NCBI GenBank assembly: GCA_043754535.1
Contig: JAYUUN010000111.1
Location: forward strand, 62,001-86,575
Length of the DNA: 24,575 nt
Origin: Chloroflexota bacterium
GTDB lineage: Bacteria; Chloroflexota; Chloroflexia; QHBQ01
Direction: 5' to 3'
The notes beneath the pieces are model-generated. The model had not been told where the DNA came from and did no database searches. It saw only the letters and a list, made by a program, of their open reading frames with translations. Positions 1 to 8,160 of the stretch are shown in pieces; the stretch's first letter is position 1, and each line of letters opens with the position of its first letter. The position numbers and the translations under genes are program-made.

Positions 1-1104
1 CAGCGGTATGTTGACGGCTGACCCGCGCTTGCGCCAGTACCAGGTGAGGAGTAGCAGAGCGTAGGCGGCGTAGAGTAGCAGGCCTAGCAGCCGGGGTGAG
101 AGGCCAGCCCACTCGCTGCTCAGCAAATCGAGCGGCAGCAAGTCAGTTCGCACGCCAAAGCCACCCTTCTGGGCCGCGTGGAGGTAACTGAGCAGCCACC
201 AGCCATTCGCGTTGTTGCCAGAAACGAAGTTCTCCCGCCCGTTGTAGGATAGCCCAGCTAGCAGATCGAGCAGCCGACCGCTGAAGAAGTAGGGAGTGAG
301 CAGGGCAGCGACTGTTGCGCTGGCGGTCAGGAGGTAGCCAGGCAACCGCCGCCAGCGGGCCAGGCTGACGACGAGCAGCAGCGGCAGCAGAAACACCCCC
401 TGTAGCTTCGTCAGCACGGAGGCGGCAAAGAGCAGCCAGGCAAGTGCGTAGCGCGACTCCATTAGCAGTACAACCGCCCCCAACAGTGGTAGGGTGAAGG
501 TTGCATCCAGGTAGCCAAGACTGAGGGCGAGGATCAGGGCGGGGTTGAGCCAGTAGGCGGTCAGCAGCTTGATTGTAGGTCGGCGTGAGCGGTCAACCTC
601 TGTACCTGCTTCGCCACGCCGCCACCGCCCGCTGACCAGCCAGAGCAGCGCAAAGACGGCGATATCGCTGAGCAGGCTAGGCAGGCGCACCAGGAAGTTG
701 AGCAGCGGTCGCTCCAGGTAGCCAGGGCGGTCGGCATGGGCGAAGGCAGGGTCGCTGGCGAGGTAGAGCTTACCCGCGATAGCCAGATAGTACATGGTCA
801 GTGGCGGATAGTCTACGTAATACTTGACCCCGCGATAGACCACCTTGCGGTTGACCGTCTCGCCGCTGAGAGCAGCCGCTGCTCCCGCTAGCGTGGGTGG
901 GATCGGCTCGTTGCTGCCGTAGATGCGTTGTGCGCCGTCGGTCGCTGCTGCCCAGGCCCAGGCCTTCCAGGAGTTCACATCCAACGTGCCATCGCCCCAG
1001 GTGAGCAGCAGGCGTAGCAGCAGGCCGAGGGCAAACACCCCTGGCAGCCACCATTTGCGCTGCGCTGGGTCAAGGGGAGCGGGAGAGGGAAGTGAGTGTG
1101 GCAA
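1..1104 (-). CDS. Polytopic membrane GT-C-type glycosyltransferase (GT87/ALG6-like); C-terminus runs off the window
   Basis: Not in the ORF track because it is open at the window edge. My translation from TTG at 1104: MPHSLPSP...WWLPGVFALGLLLRLLLTWGDGTLDVNSWKAW...YYVDYPPLTMYYLAIAG...LLNFLVRLPSLLSDIAVFALLW. A first TM helix, an acidic loop, the DYPP motif and many TM segments are typical of GT-C enzymes. Confidence 0.7.
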   Translation of the reverse strand, partial: MPHSLPSPAPLDPAQRKWWLPGVFALGLLLRLLLTWGDGTLDVNSWKAWAWAAATDGAQRIYGSNEPIPPTLAGAAAALSGETVNRKVVYRGVKYYVDYPPLTMYYLAIAGKLYLASDPAFAHADRPGYLERPLLNFLVRLPSLLSDIAVFALLWLVSGRWRRGEAGTEVDRSRRPTIKLLTAYWLNPALILALSLGYLDATFTLPLLGAVVLLMESRYALAWLLFAASVLTKLQGVFLLPLLLVVSLARWRRLPGYLLTASATVAALLTPYFFSGRLLDLLAGLSYNGRENFVSGNNANGWWLLSYLHAAQKGGFGVRTDLLPLDLLSSEWAGLSPRLLGLLLYAAYALLLLTWYWRKRGSAVNIPL

Positions 1105-1121
1105 TAAGCTGCGATCCTCTA

Positions 1122-1130
1122 TGCTATAAT
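1122..1130 (+). promoter_or_regulatory. Extended -10 promoter (TGcTATAAT) for the GH57 gene
   Basis: TG-C-TATAAT at 1122-1130, about 110 nt upstream of ATG 1238. Confidence 0.55.
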
Positions 1131-1160
1131 GAGGGTGTAAAAGGTGCTAAAGGCTGCTAG

Positions 1161-1189
1161 ACTATAACAGAGCGGCGGCGGGGGTGCAA
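1161..1189 (-). promoter_or_regulatory. Sigma70-type promoter for the GT-C gene
   Basis: The minus strand reads TTGCAC (1189-1184), 17 nt, TATAGT (1166-1161), with TG in the extended -10 position. Confidence 0.55.
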
Positions 1190-1237
1190 GTCGCCCTCAG
1201 CTTGGCCCGACCAGGGACTACTGTGGAGAATAGACTG

Positions 1238-2653
1238 ATGCGCTACTTCTGCTATCACGGCCACTTCTACCAGCCGCCACGTGAAGACCCCTTCACGGGA
1301 GTACTGCCAAAGGAGTTTGGAGCCGACCCCTACCACGACTGGAACGAGCGGATCACCGCCGAGTGCTATCGCCCGCTGGCCGAGCTTGGCGTGTTCGACC
1401 TGATCAGCTTCAATCTTGGCCCCACTCTGGCAGCCTGGATGGAGGTCAACGCACCTGATGTGTACCAGCGCATCTTGCAGGCTGACCGCAACCACGCCCA
1501 GCGGCAGGGGGTGGGCAACGCCATCGCCCAGGTCTACAATCATATGTTGATGCCGCTGGCGACCCGGCGCGACAAGGAGACGCAGGTGGCCTGGGGGTTG
1601 GCCGACTTCCGCCATCGCTATGGGCGGGTGGCCGAGGGGATGTGGCTGGCCGAGTGCGCGGTAGACTTGGAGACCCTGACCGTAATGCAGGAGCAGGGGG
1701 TGCGCTTCACCATCCTTGCGCCCTGGCAGGCCGAGCATAGCGCGGTGGACAGCAGCGAGCCACAACTGATTGCCCTGCCCAACGGCAAGCAGATGACGGT
1801 TTTCTTCTTTGACGAGGGGCTATCACGCAGCACCAACCACGTGCCACGCATCAGCGAGGATGTGCAGGAGTACGCCGAGGTTGCAATGCAGATTTCGACC
1901 AAGTGGGACAAGTTCAAGCGCGACGAGGATCAACTGGTGCTGGTCGCCACCGACGGCGAATACTTCGGCCACCACTACAAGGGGCGCGACCTGTTCATGA
2001 GCAACCTCCTACACACGGTTGCCCCGGCCAACGGCTGGCAGGTGACCAGCCTGAGCAGCTACCTGCGCGACCACCCGGCGGTCAATACCGTACGGCTGAC
2101 GGAGCGCACGGCCTGGAGTTGCTACCACGGCATCGACCGCTGGCAGAAGGAGTGTGGCTGCTACCCTGGCCTGGGCGAGTGGAAGGCGCCATTCCGCCGC
2201 GCCCTGGACAACCTGGCGGCGGCCATCGACGACTACTTCGAGGTAGCGGGTGGCGAACTACTGCGCGACCCCTGGGCGGCGCGCAACGATTACATCCAGG
2301 TGCGGCAAGGCTATGAGCCAGTAGCCCAGTTGCTAGACCGCCACGCCTCGCACCAACTGGACGACGCGGAGCAGGCACGGGCGGCGGCCTTCTTGGAAGC
2401 GCAATACTACCGCCTGCTTATGTACACCAGTTGCGCCTTCTTCTTCGAGGAGTTCGCCCGCATCGAGCCGAGTAATGCTATCGCCTACGCTGCCCGCGCC
2501 CTGGACTACCACAAGGCGGCAACTGGGGTGGACTTGCAGGAGAACTTCCTGGCCGAGTTGCGCCGCATCCGCGGGCGGGCCAGTGAGATGAACGGCGAGC
2601 AAATCTACCGCTATCTTGCCCGCAAGCAGCCAGTACCGAGGCACCGGGATTGA
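1238..2653 (+). CDS. Glycoside hydrolase family 57 / DUF3536-type protein
   Basis: Motifs HGHFYQPPREDP, DWNERITAECY, SFNLGPTL, AIAQVYNHMLMPLA, GMWLAECAVD (nucleophile Glu), ATDGEYFGHH and LLMYTSCAFFF. Start moved to ATG 1238 (GGAG at 1225-1228). Confidence 0.85.
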   Translation: MRYFCYHGHFYQPPREDPFTGVLPKEFGADPYHDWNERITAECYRPLAELGVFDLISFNLGPTLAAWMEVNAPDVYQRILQADRNHAQRQGVGNAIAQVYNHMLMPLATRRDKETQVAWGLADFRHRYGRVAEGMWLAECAVDLETLTVMQEQGVRFTILAPWQAEHSAVDSSEPQLIALPNGKQMTVFFFDEGLSRSTNHVPRISEDVQEYAEVAMQISTKWDKFKRDEDQLVLVATDGEYFGHHYKGRDLFMSNLLHTVAPANGWQVTSLSSYLRDHPAVNTVRLTERTAWSCYHGIDRWQKECGCYPGLGEWKAPFRRALDNLAAAIDDYFEVAGGELLRDPWAARNDYIQVRQGYEPVAQLLDRHASHQLDDAEQARAAAFLEAQYYRLLMYTSCAFFFEEFARIEPSNAIAYAARALDYHKAATGVDLQENFLAELRRIRGRASEMNGEQIYRYLARKQPVPRHRD

Positions 2654-2730
2654 GGGGCGCATGGCAGGATGTTGATAGCCAAAGCGCAAGTATCGCACTA
2701 CCTCTAGCTTTGAACAGAGCAAGGAACTGA

Positions 2731-3360
2731 ATGGCAACAAGTTGTGGGGCGTTGATCCTGGCAGGTGGGGTGAGCCGTCGGATGGGACTGGACAAGGCGT
2801 TGCTGCCGATCCCAATCGGCGGGCGACCGGCGATCCAGCGAATCGTGCTGGCAGCCTGCCGCGTTGCCGACCCACTCGATGTGGTGGTGGTCGGTAAGCC
2901 TGGCCTGTACGAGGGGCTGGGGCTAGCCGTGGTGCCAGACATCCTGCCGGGGCAGGGGCCGCTAGTCGGTCTCTACAGCGGCTTGCGCCAGAGCGAACAA
3001 GAGTGGAACCTGGTGATCGGCTGCGAGTTCCCCCTGGTGCGGGCTGCCGTCCTCATCCACCTGCGTAATCTTGCCTACCGCGACTACGATGCGGTCGTTC
3101 CCGTGCCGCAGCCGGGCTACGCGCAGCCGCTCTGTGCTGTCTACCACCAGCGGGTGGCAGCGGTGGCCGAGGCGGTGCTAGCGAAGGGCAGCAAGCGGCT
3201 GGCCGACCTGCGCGACCGACTGAAGATACTGTACGTCAGCCGCGAGGAGTTGTTGGCGAACGACCCTGACCTGCGAACCTTCATGGCGATCAACAGTTCT
3301 GCCGACTACGAGCGGGTGATCGCCCTGGCCGAGGAGGAACAACGTGAGCGCAGCAAATAG
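2731..3360 (+). CDS. mobA: Molybdenum cofactor guanylyltransferase-like NTP transferase
   Basis: Motifs LILAGGVSRRMGLDKALL, PDILPGQGPLVGLYSGL and QPLCAVY. The CDxP and NxNT motifs are altered (CEFP, AINS). Confidence 0.8.
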   Translation: MATSCGALILAGGVSRRMGLDKALLPIPIGGRPAIQRIVLAACRVADPLDVVVVGKPGLYEGLGLAVVPDILPGQGPLVGLYSGLRQSEQEWNLVIGCEFPLVRAAVLIHLRNLAYRDYDAVVPVPQPGYAQPLCAVYHQRVAAVAEAVLAKGSKRLADLRDRLKILYVSREELLANDPDLRTFMAINSSADYERVIALAEEEQRERSK

Positions 3361-5035
3361 CATGGCCGCCTTCGCCGAAGCTAGCGAGCAGGCGGGGGCG
3401 ACCAGCAAGCGGCTGGCGAAGGGGGCGATCCTGGGGGACTACCTGGCAGCCCTGGACGACGAAAGCCTGCCTATCGCCTGCCGCTTCCTCAGCGGCAACC
3501 CCTTCCCCACCGCCGATCAGCGCGTCTTGCAGGTGGGTGGCAGCGCGATCAGCGGGCTGATCGCTACTGTCAGCGGCCTGTCACTCGACGAGGTGAACAA
3601 CACGCTGGTGCGGCTGGGCGACTACGGCGAAGTGGCAGAGCAAGCCTTCACCGCCGCCAAGCACCAGCCAGAGGGCGCGCCGCTCAGCCTGACCGAGACG
3701 ATGGCTGCCTATGCCGAGATCGCAGCAACCAGCGGCAAGGGTGGGCCGGGGCGCAAGGCGGCGATCCTGGAGGGGTTGCTGCGTCGTGCCGACCCGCTGG
3801 TGGCAAAGTATCTGCTCAAGATCGTAACCAATGAGCTACGCACTGGCCTGCGCGAGAGCATGGTAGAAGACGCACTGGCGCGGGTGAGCGGGCTGAAGGT
3901 GGCCGAGTTGCGGCGCGTCAATATGCTGCTGGGCGACATTGGCGCGGTCGCTCTACGGGCGCGGCATGGCACGCTAGGGGAGGCCCAGATGGTCCTTTTC
4001 CAACCCCTCAAGTCCATGCTAGCCAGCCCAGTGGAGAAGCCGGGTGACGTGCTGAAGGAAGCGGAGCCGACGGTGATCGTCGAGGACAAGTACGACGGCG
4101 TGCGGGCGCAGGCGCACAAGGTGGGCGGGCGGGTCGAACTCTACTCGCGCACCCTGGACCTGGTTACGCACCGCTTCCCCGAAGTAGTCGCTGCCCTGGC
4201 TGCCCTCCCCGGCGACTTTATCCTGGACGGCGAGGTGGTCGCCTACGAGGGCGGAGTGTTCTTGCCCTTCAGCCTCTTGCAGCAGAGGCTAGGCCGCAAG
4301 CAGGTGACAGACGAGATGTTGGCTAGTATTCCAGTGATCTTCGTCGCCTTCGATCTATTGTACAATGATGGCGCAGTGCTGCTCGATCAGCCTTTGCGCG
4401 AACGCTGGGCGGGGCTGGTGCGCCTGTTCAGCGGGGCAGCAGCGGGGCTGCGCCTGGCCGAACACGACGAGCCGACTCGCGCGCAGCTTGGCCCCCAAGC
4501 CGAGGAGCTTGACCGCTACTTCGTGGCGGCACGGGCGCGGGGCAATGAGGGGCTGATGATCAAGCTACCTTCTTCTCTCTACGCCCCTGGCAAGCGCGGC
4601 AAGACCTGGCTGAAGGTGAAGAAGGCGTTGGCGACCCTGGATGTGGTGGTCACGGCAGTGGAGTGGGGTTACGGGCGGCGGCATACCGTCCTCAGCGACT
4701 ACACCTTTGCCGTGCAGGGGGCAGATGGTGCGTTGCTGAACGTGGGCAAAGCCTACTCTGGCCTGACCGATGCAGAGATAGCCGAGCTAACCGAGTGGTT
4801 CAAGGCCCACACCTTGCAAGAGTTCGCGCATGGCAAGGTGCGGCTGGTAGAGCCAAAGATCGTGATCGAGATTGCCTTCGACCGGGTGCAGCGCAGCCCC
4901 CGACACAAGAGCGGCTTTGCGCTGCGCTTCCCCCGCATCATCCGCCTCCGCGAGGACAAACCAGTAAGCGAGATCAACACCCTGGAGGATGTGCGGAAAC
5001 TGGCCGACGACGAGCAGGAGAATGGAGCAAGCTAG
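3344..5035 (+). CDS. lig: ATP-dependent DNA ligase (N-terminal DNA-binding, adenylation and OB domains; LigB/archaeal type)
   Basis: Motif I EDKYDGVR, plus ILDGEVV, FDLLY, EGLMIK, WLKVK and RFPRIIRLREDK. The GTG start has GAGGAGG upstream and overlaps the end of mobA. Confidence 0.92.
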   Translation: MSAANSMAAFAEASEQAGATSKRLAKGAILGDYLAALDDESLPIACRFLSGNPFPTADQRVLQVGGSAISGLIATVSGLSLDEVNNTLVRLGDYGEVAEQAFTAAKHQPEGAPLSLTETMAAYAEIAATSGKGGPGRKAAILEGLLRRADPLVAKYLLKIVTNELRTGLRESMVEDALARVSGLKVAELRRVNMLLGDIGAVALRARHGTLGEAQMVLFQPLKSMLASPVEKPGDVLKEAEPTVIVEDKYDGVRAQAHKVGGRVELYSRTLDLVTHRFPEVVAALAALPGDFILDGEVVAYEGGVFLPFSLLQQRLGRKQVTDEMLASIPVIFVAFDLLYNDGAVLLDQPLRERWAGLVRLFSGAAAGLRLAEHDEPTRAQLGPQAEELDRYFVAARARGNEGLMIKLPSSLYAPGKRGKTWLKVKKALATLDVVVTAVEWGYGRRHTVLSDYTFAVQGADGALLNVGKAYSGLTDAEIAELTEWFKAHTLQEFAHGKVRLVEPKIVIEIAFDRVQRSPRHKSGFALRFPRIIRLREDKPVSEINTLEDVRKLADDEQENGAS

Positions 5036-5095
5036 GTCGGAGGCCCAAACCCGGATACGAAGAAAAGCTGAAGACTACGAAACAGGGAGAGCGCG

Positions 5096-6634
5096 ATGAT
5101 CGTTACTCAGGTGCAGGTGTTGCGTGGCCCCAACCGTTACGCTACGTGGCCGATGATCGAGTTGGTAGTGGACGCAGAGGCAGAGGGCGATGAGAGCTAC
5201 TGGGCGGTGCAGGCGTTCAGCGAACGCATTATGGCCTTGCAGCGCGAAGCTGGCCCGCTGCCAGACAGCAGCAAGGTAATGAGCCGCCCGCTGGCTGGCA
5301 CCTACCGCCTGGCAATCGCCTACGACAACGAGGCGCGAGCGCGAGCAGCGGTGGAGTTGGCAACGCGGGAGGCGAACGGTGAGTCCCTGGGCGCAAACGA
5401 GATCGCCGAACTGAAGGCGATCCCCCAGCCGACTGAGCCGACTGATGAGGTGCGGGCGCGGCAGAGCGGCAAGTTCATCGTTGCGGTCACTGGCACCAAT
5501 GGCAAAACCACTACCTCCCGCCTGATCGCCCACCTCTACGCAACAGGGGGCGAGGTGGTTGGTTTCACCAGCACCGAGGGTACTTACATCAACGGCAAGC
5601 TGTTCGAGGATGGCGACAATGCGGGGCCAAAGAGTGCGCGGGATGTGCTGCTCAACCCTGAAGTGGAGATCGCCGTGTTGGAGACGGCACGGGGCGGTAT
5701 CTTGCGCGAGGGTCTGGCCTTCGACCAGGCGGATGTGGCGGTGGTGACCAACGTCGCTGCTGACCACTTGGGTCTGCGCGGGATCAACACAGTGGAGGAG
5801 TTGGCCGAGGTCAAGGGGGTGCTGGTTGATGCGCTCGCTCCCGATGGCGCAGCGGTACTGAATGCGGAGGATGGGCTGGTGGCAGCGATGGCTCGGCGCA
5901 CGAAGGCGGAGACGATCTACTTCGCGCTCGACAAAGCGGCAGTCACCGACCACCTGAAGCGGGGTGGGCGGGCGGTCTATCGGGCTGGCAACGCGATCAT
6001 GCTCGGCTGGGGCCAGCACGAGGAGCAGCTCACTAACCTGAGTGCAGTACCAGTGACCCTCGGCGGCGCACTTGGCTTCCAGGTGCAGAATGCGCTGGCG
6101 GCGGTAGCAGCAGCCTGGGCGGGCGATATGCCACTGGACAAGATCGTTAATGGGCTGGCTACTTTCAAGGGCGACATGGCGATGAGTCATGGTCGCTTCA
6201 ACTTCTTCGACCTGCGTGGCGCAACCGTGATCCTCGACTACGGCCACAACGCAGCGGCACTGCGCGCCCTCGGTCAGGCGGCGGCTAACCTGCCCGCCAC
6301 GCGGCGGATCGTGATGGTGGCGACCGCTGGCGACCGCCGCGACGAGGACATTCGGCTGCTGGGCGAAGAAGCGGCCCGCTGGTTCGACCAGGTGATCGCC
6401 AAAGATGTGAACAACCGACGCGGGCGCAGGCGAGCTGAGGTGTCGGGGCTGATCCGCGAGGGCGCACTACGCATCCACCCGGAGCGCGAGGTGCTGATGT
6501 ACACCGACCTCGACCAGGCGTACAAGGAGACGCTGGCTGCTCTGCAAGCGGGCGAACTGCTGCTGATCTGCGAGGACGACCTTGCTTTCGTCATGCCGCA
6601 GATGGACGCGGCAGGGGCGGTGGCGCGAGCTTAG
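5096..6634 (+). CDS. Cyanophycin synthetase-like Mur-ligase protein (short N domain + M domain, no ATP-grasp domain)
   Basis: N-terminal LRGPN motif as in CphA. Mur P-loop VTGTNGKTT at about residue 130, then CphA-type GDNAGPKSA, VLETARGGILREGLAFD, VVTNVAADHLG, DYGHN and GDRRDEDI. Only 512 aa. Confidence 0.8.
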   Translation: MIVTQVQVLRGPNRYATWPMIELVVDAEAEGDESYWAVQAFSERIMALQREAGPLPDSSKVMSRPLAGTYRLAIAYDNEARARAAVELATREANGESLGANEIAELKAIPQPTEPTDEVRARQSGKFIVAVTGTNGKTTTSRLIAHLYATGGEVVGFTSTEGTYINGKLFEDGDNAGPKSARDVLLNPEVEIAVLETARGGILREGLAFDQADVAVVTNVAADHLGLRGINTVEELAEVKGVLVDALAPDGAAVLNAEDGLVAAMARRTKAETIYFALDKAAVTDHLKRGGRAVYRAGNAIMLGWGQHEEQLTNLSAVPVTLGGALGFQVQNALAAVAAAWAGDMPLDKIVNGLATFKGDMAMSHGRFNFFDLRGATVILDYGHNAAALRALGQAAANLPATRRIVMVATAGDRRDEDIRLLGEEAARWFDQVIAKDVNNRRGRRRAEVSGLIREGALRIHPEREVLMYTDLDQAYKETLAALQAGELLLICEDDLAFVMPQMDAAGAVARA

Positions 6635-6643
6635 GGCGGGCTG

Positions 6644-7402
6644 CTAGCCGATTTTCACCCCTACCGCCTGTAGGATGGCAACCAGGAGCGGGGCGTAGAG
6701 CAGGGCGGGCAAGAAGTTGGCGATTGGTAGCTGCTTGATCTCCAACAACTTGAGGGCAACCGCCAGCACGGTCAGGCCGCCAACCGCCGTCATCTCGTTG
6801 ATCTGCAAGGTGGTGAGCAGGCCGCTGCCAACTACCGCTGCTAGCAGGCTGATGCCACCTTGCACCATAAGGATAGTGACGACGGTGAACAGCACCCCGT
6901 AGCCAAGACTAGCGGCGAATGCGATGGCAGCAAAGCCGTCGAGGGTGGACTTGAGGGCGAGCAACTGGATGTCGTTGGGGTTGATGCCGTTCTGGATCGA
7001 GCCGAGGATGGTTAGCGGGCCAACGCAGAAGACGAGACTGGTGGTGATGAAGGCTTGCGATATGGTAGCCAGACCGCGCCGGGGTGGGGTGTTGGGGTCA
7101 GCCTCAACCTGCTGGCCCAGCCTGCGAGCAGTGGTCGCCTGTAGCCAGTTGCCCAGTTGCTCAAGCCGCTGTTCGAGGCGCAACCACTCGCCGCTTAGTG
7201 CGCCGAACATCAACGCACCGAGGGGGATCAAGGCGTTTTTGGTGCTGCTCATCATTTGGATGCTAAACAGGATGGTGGTCAAGCCGAGGCTCTGCAATAT
7301 GATGCGCTGGTAGCGTTCTGGCAGCCTGTTGCCTAGCAGGGTGCCGCAGATGCCGCCGAGGAGGACGGTGAGTGCGTTGAGCAAGGTGCCGCCAAGGATC
7401 AT
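6644..7402 (-). CDS. DUF554 (YdfK/YqgA-like) membrane protein
   Basis: Motifs GTLLNALTVLLGG, FCVGPLTILGSIQNG, LKSTLDGFAAIAFAASLGYGV and IANFLPALL. Start set at ATG 7402 with AGGAG upstream. Confidence 0.88.
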   Translation of the reverse strand: MILGGTLLNALTVLLGGICGTLLGNRLPERYQRIILQSLGLTTILFSIQMMSSTKNALIPLGALMFGALSGEWLRLEQRLEQLGNWLQATTARRLGQQVEADPNTPPRRGLATISQAFITTSLVFCVGPLTILGSIQNGINPNDIQLLALKSTLDGFAAIAFAASLGYGVLFTVVTILMVQGGISLLAAVVGSGLLTTLQINEMTAVGGLTVLAVALKLLEIKQLPIANFLPALLYAPLLVAILQAVGVKIG

Positions 7403-7460
7403 AGGTTGCTCCTGAAGGGGATAGGCAAGGGAATGGGCCGCCGGATCGCTCCGACAGCCC

Positions 7461-7488
7461 ATTATAACTGAAGTTGGCAGCTTGTCAA
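7461..7488 (-). promoter_or_regulatory. Sigma70 promoter for the DUF554 gene
   Basis: The minus strand reads TTGACA (7488-7483), 16 nt, TATAAT (7466-7461). The -35 box overlaps the stop codon of the upstream gene. Confidence 0.7.
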
Positions 7489-7781
7489 CGAGCGACGGTC
7501 ATGCCATGTTCCCACACGCCGCTAGGTAGGCCGTGTGAGCGTACCTCCTCGGAGAGCATTGGTTCGAGCAGACGTTGCATCGCCATTACGTGACAGCAGG
7601 TGTTGTAGCCCTCCCGCTCAAAGAAGGAGCAGGTGCAGTGCCAGGTGCCAGTGGTGAGTGTCACCTTGTGGCTGTCATTTTCGCCGCGAAAGTCTACGCT
7701 GATGTCGGTCATGCGAGCGCGGTCGGGTTCTTCCGCATAGAGCTTGGCCTTCTCGATCTTGCTAATCAAGCTGGAATACAT
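7485..7781 (-). CDS. Small SWIM zinc-finger protein
   Basis: WHCTCSFF...TCCHVMAM fits the SWIM pattern CxC-xn-CxH. Strong SD GAGGAGGT. The N-terminus SSLISKIEKAKLYAEE resembles a conserved Chloroflexota small protein (from memory). Confidence 0.78.
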   Translation of the reverse strand: MYSSLISKIEKAKLYAEEPDRARMTDISVDFRGENDSHKVTLTTGTWHCTCSFFEREGYNTCCHVMAMQRLLEPMLSEEVRSHGLPSGVWEHGMTVAR

Positions 7782-7895
7782 AGGGTCGGTACCTCCTCAT
7801 GGTGTGCCAGGCTGCGCGCCTGGGGTGAGGGCCGCCTAGCCGCTGCCCAGCGGTGGCGGTCAGAGTATGCTCGAAGAACAATCCTCCTCCTCAGC

Positions 7896-7943
7896 AGAAA
7901 CAAAGCGACCGACCAGCAGGCGGCTGCCTGGTGTGGTCGGTCG
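7896..7943 (-). terminator. Intrinsic terminator/attenuator-like hairpin in the leader upstream of the SWIM gene
   Basis: The minus strand reads CGACCGACCA-cac-CAGGC-agcc-GCCTG-c-TGGTCGGTCG followed by CTTTGTTTCT. Confidence 0.5.
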
Positions 7944-8043
7944 GGCTGACAGGTATACGATTGTGGGTGGATGCTTGCTGACCATAGCATGGCCCCTCCG
8001 CTCCAACGTAAAACTCTGGCTGATTTCTCTCGCTGATTGAACC

Positions 8044-8072
8044 ATTATAAACCCCGCTCCCAGCAGAGTCAA
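8044..8072 (-). promoter_or_regulatory. Sigma70 promoter about 260 nt upstream of the SWIM gene
   Basis: The minus strand reads TTGACT (8072-8067), 17 nt, TATAAT (8049-8044). Confidence 0.7.
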
Positions 8073-8160
8073 GCGAACGAAGGGGTCAGTTTTGATGAGA
8101 AGTTAGTGCGCCTTGCTGTTGCAGGGTGCTGCCAAGTTACCCTGCTACTTGTGATGTTTA

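Noticed and set aside
5075..6247. Long antisense ORFs (5075-6247, also 17042-18067, 12498-13322, 16578-17336, 1157-1765 and 8846-9628)
   Set aside because: These are shadow frames of well-supported genes in GC-rich DNA and contain no recognisable motifs.
8121..8145. Hairpin GCAGGGT/ACCCTGC as terminator of the HEAT gene
   Set aside because: The 7-bp stem has an 11-nt loop and no U-tract on the minus strand, which is too weak to call.
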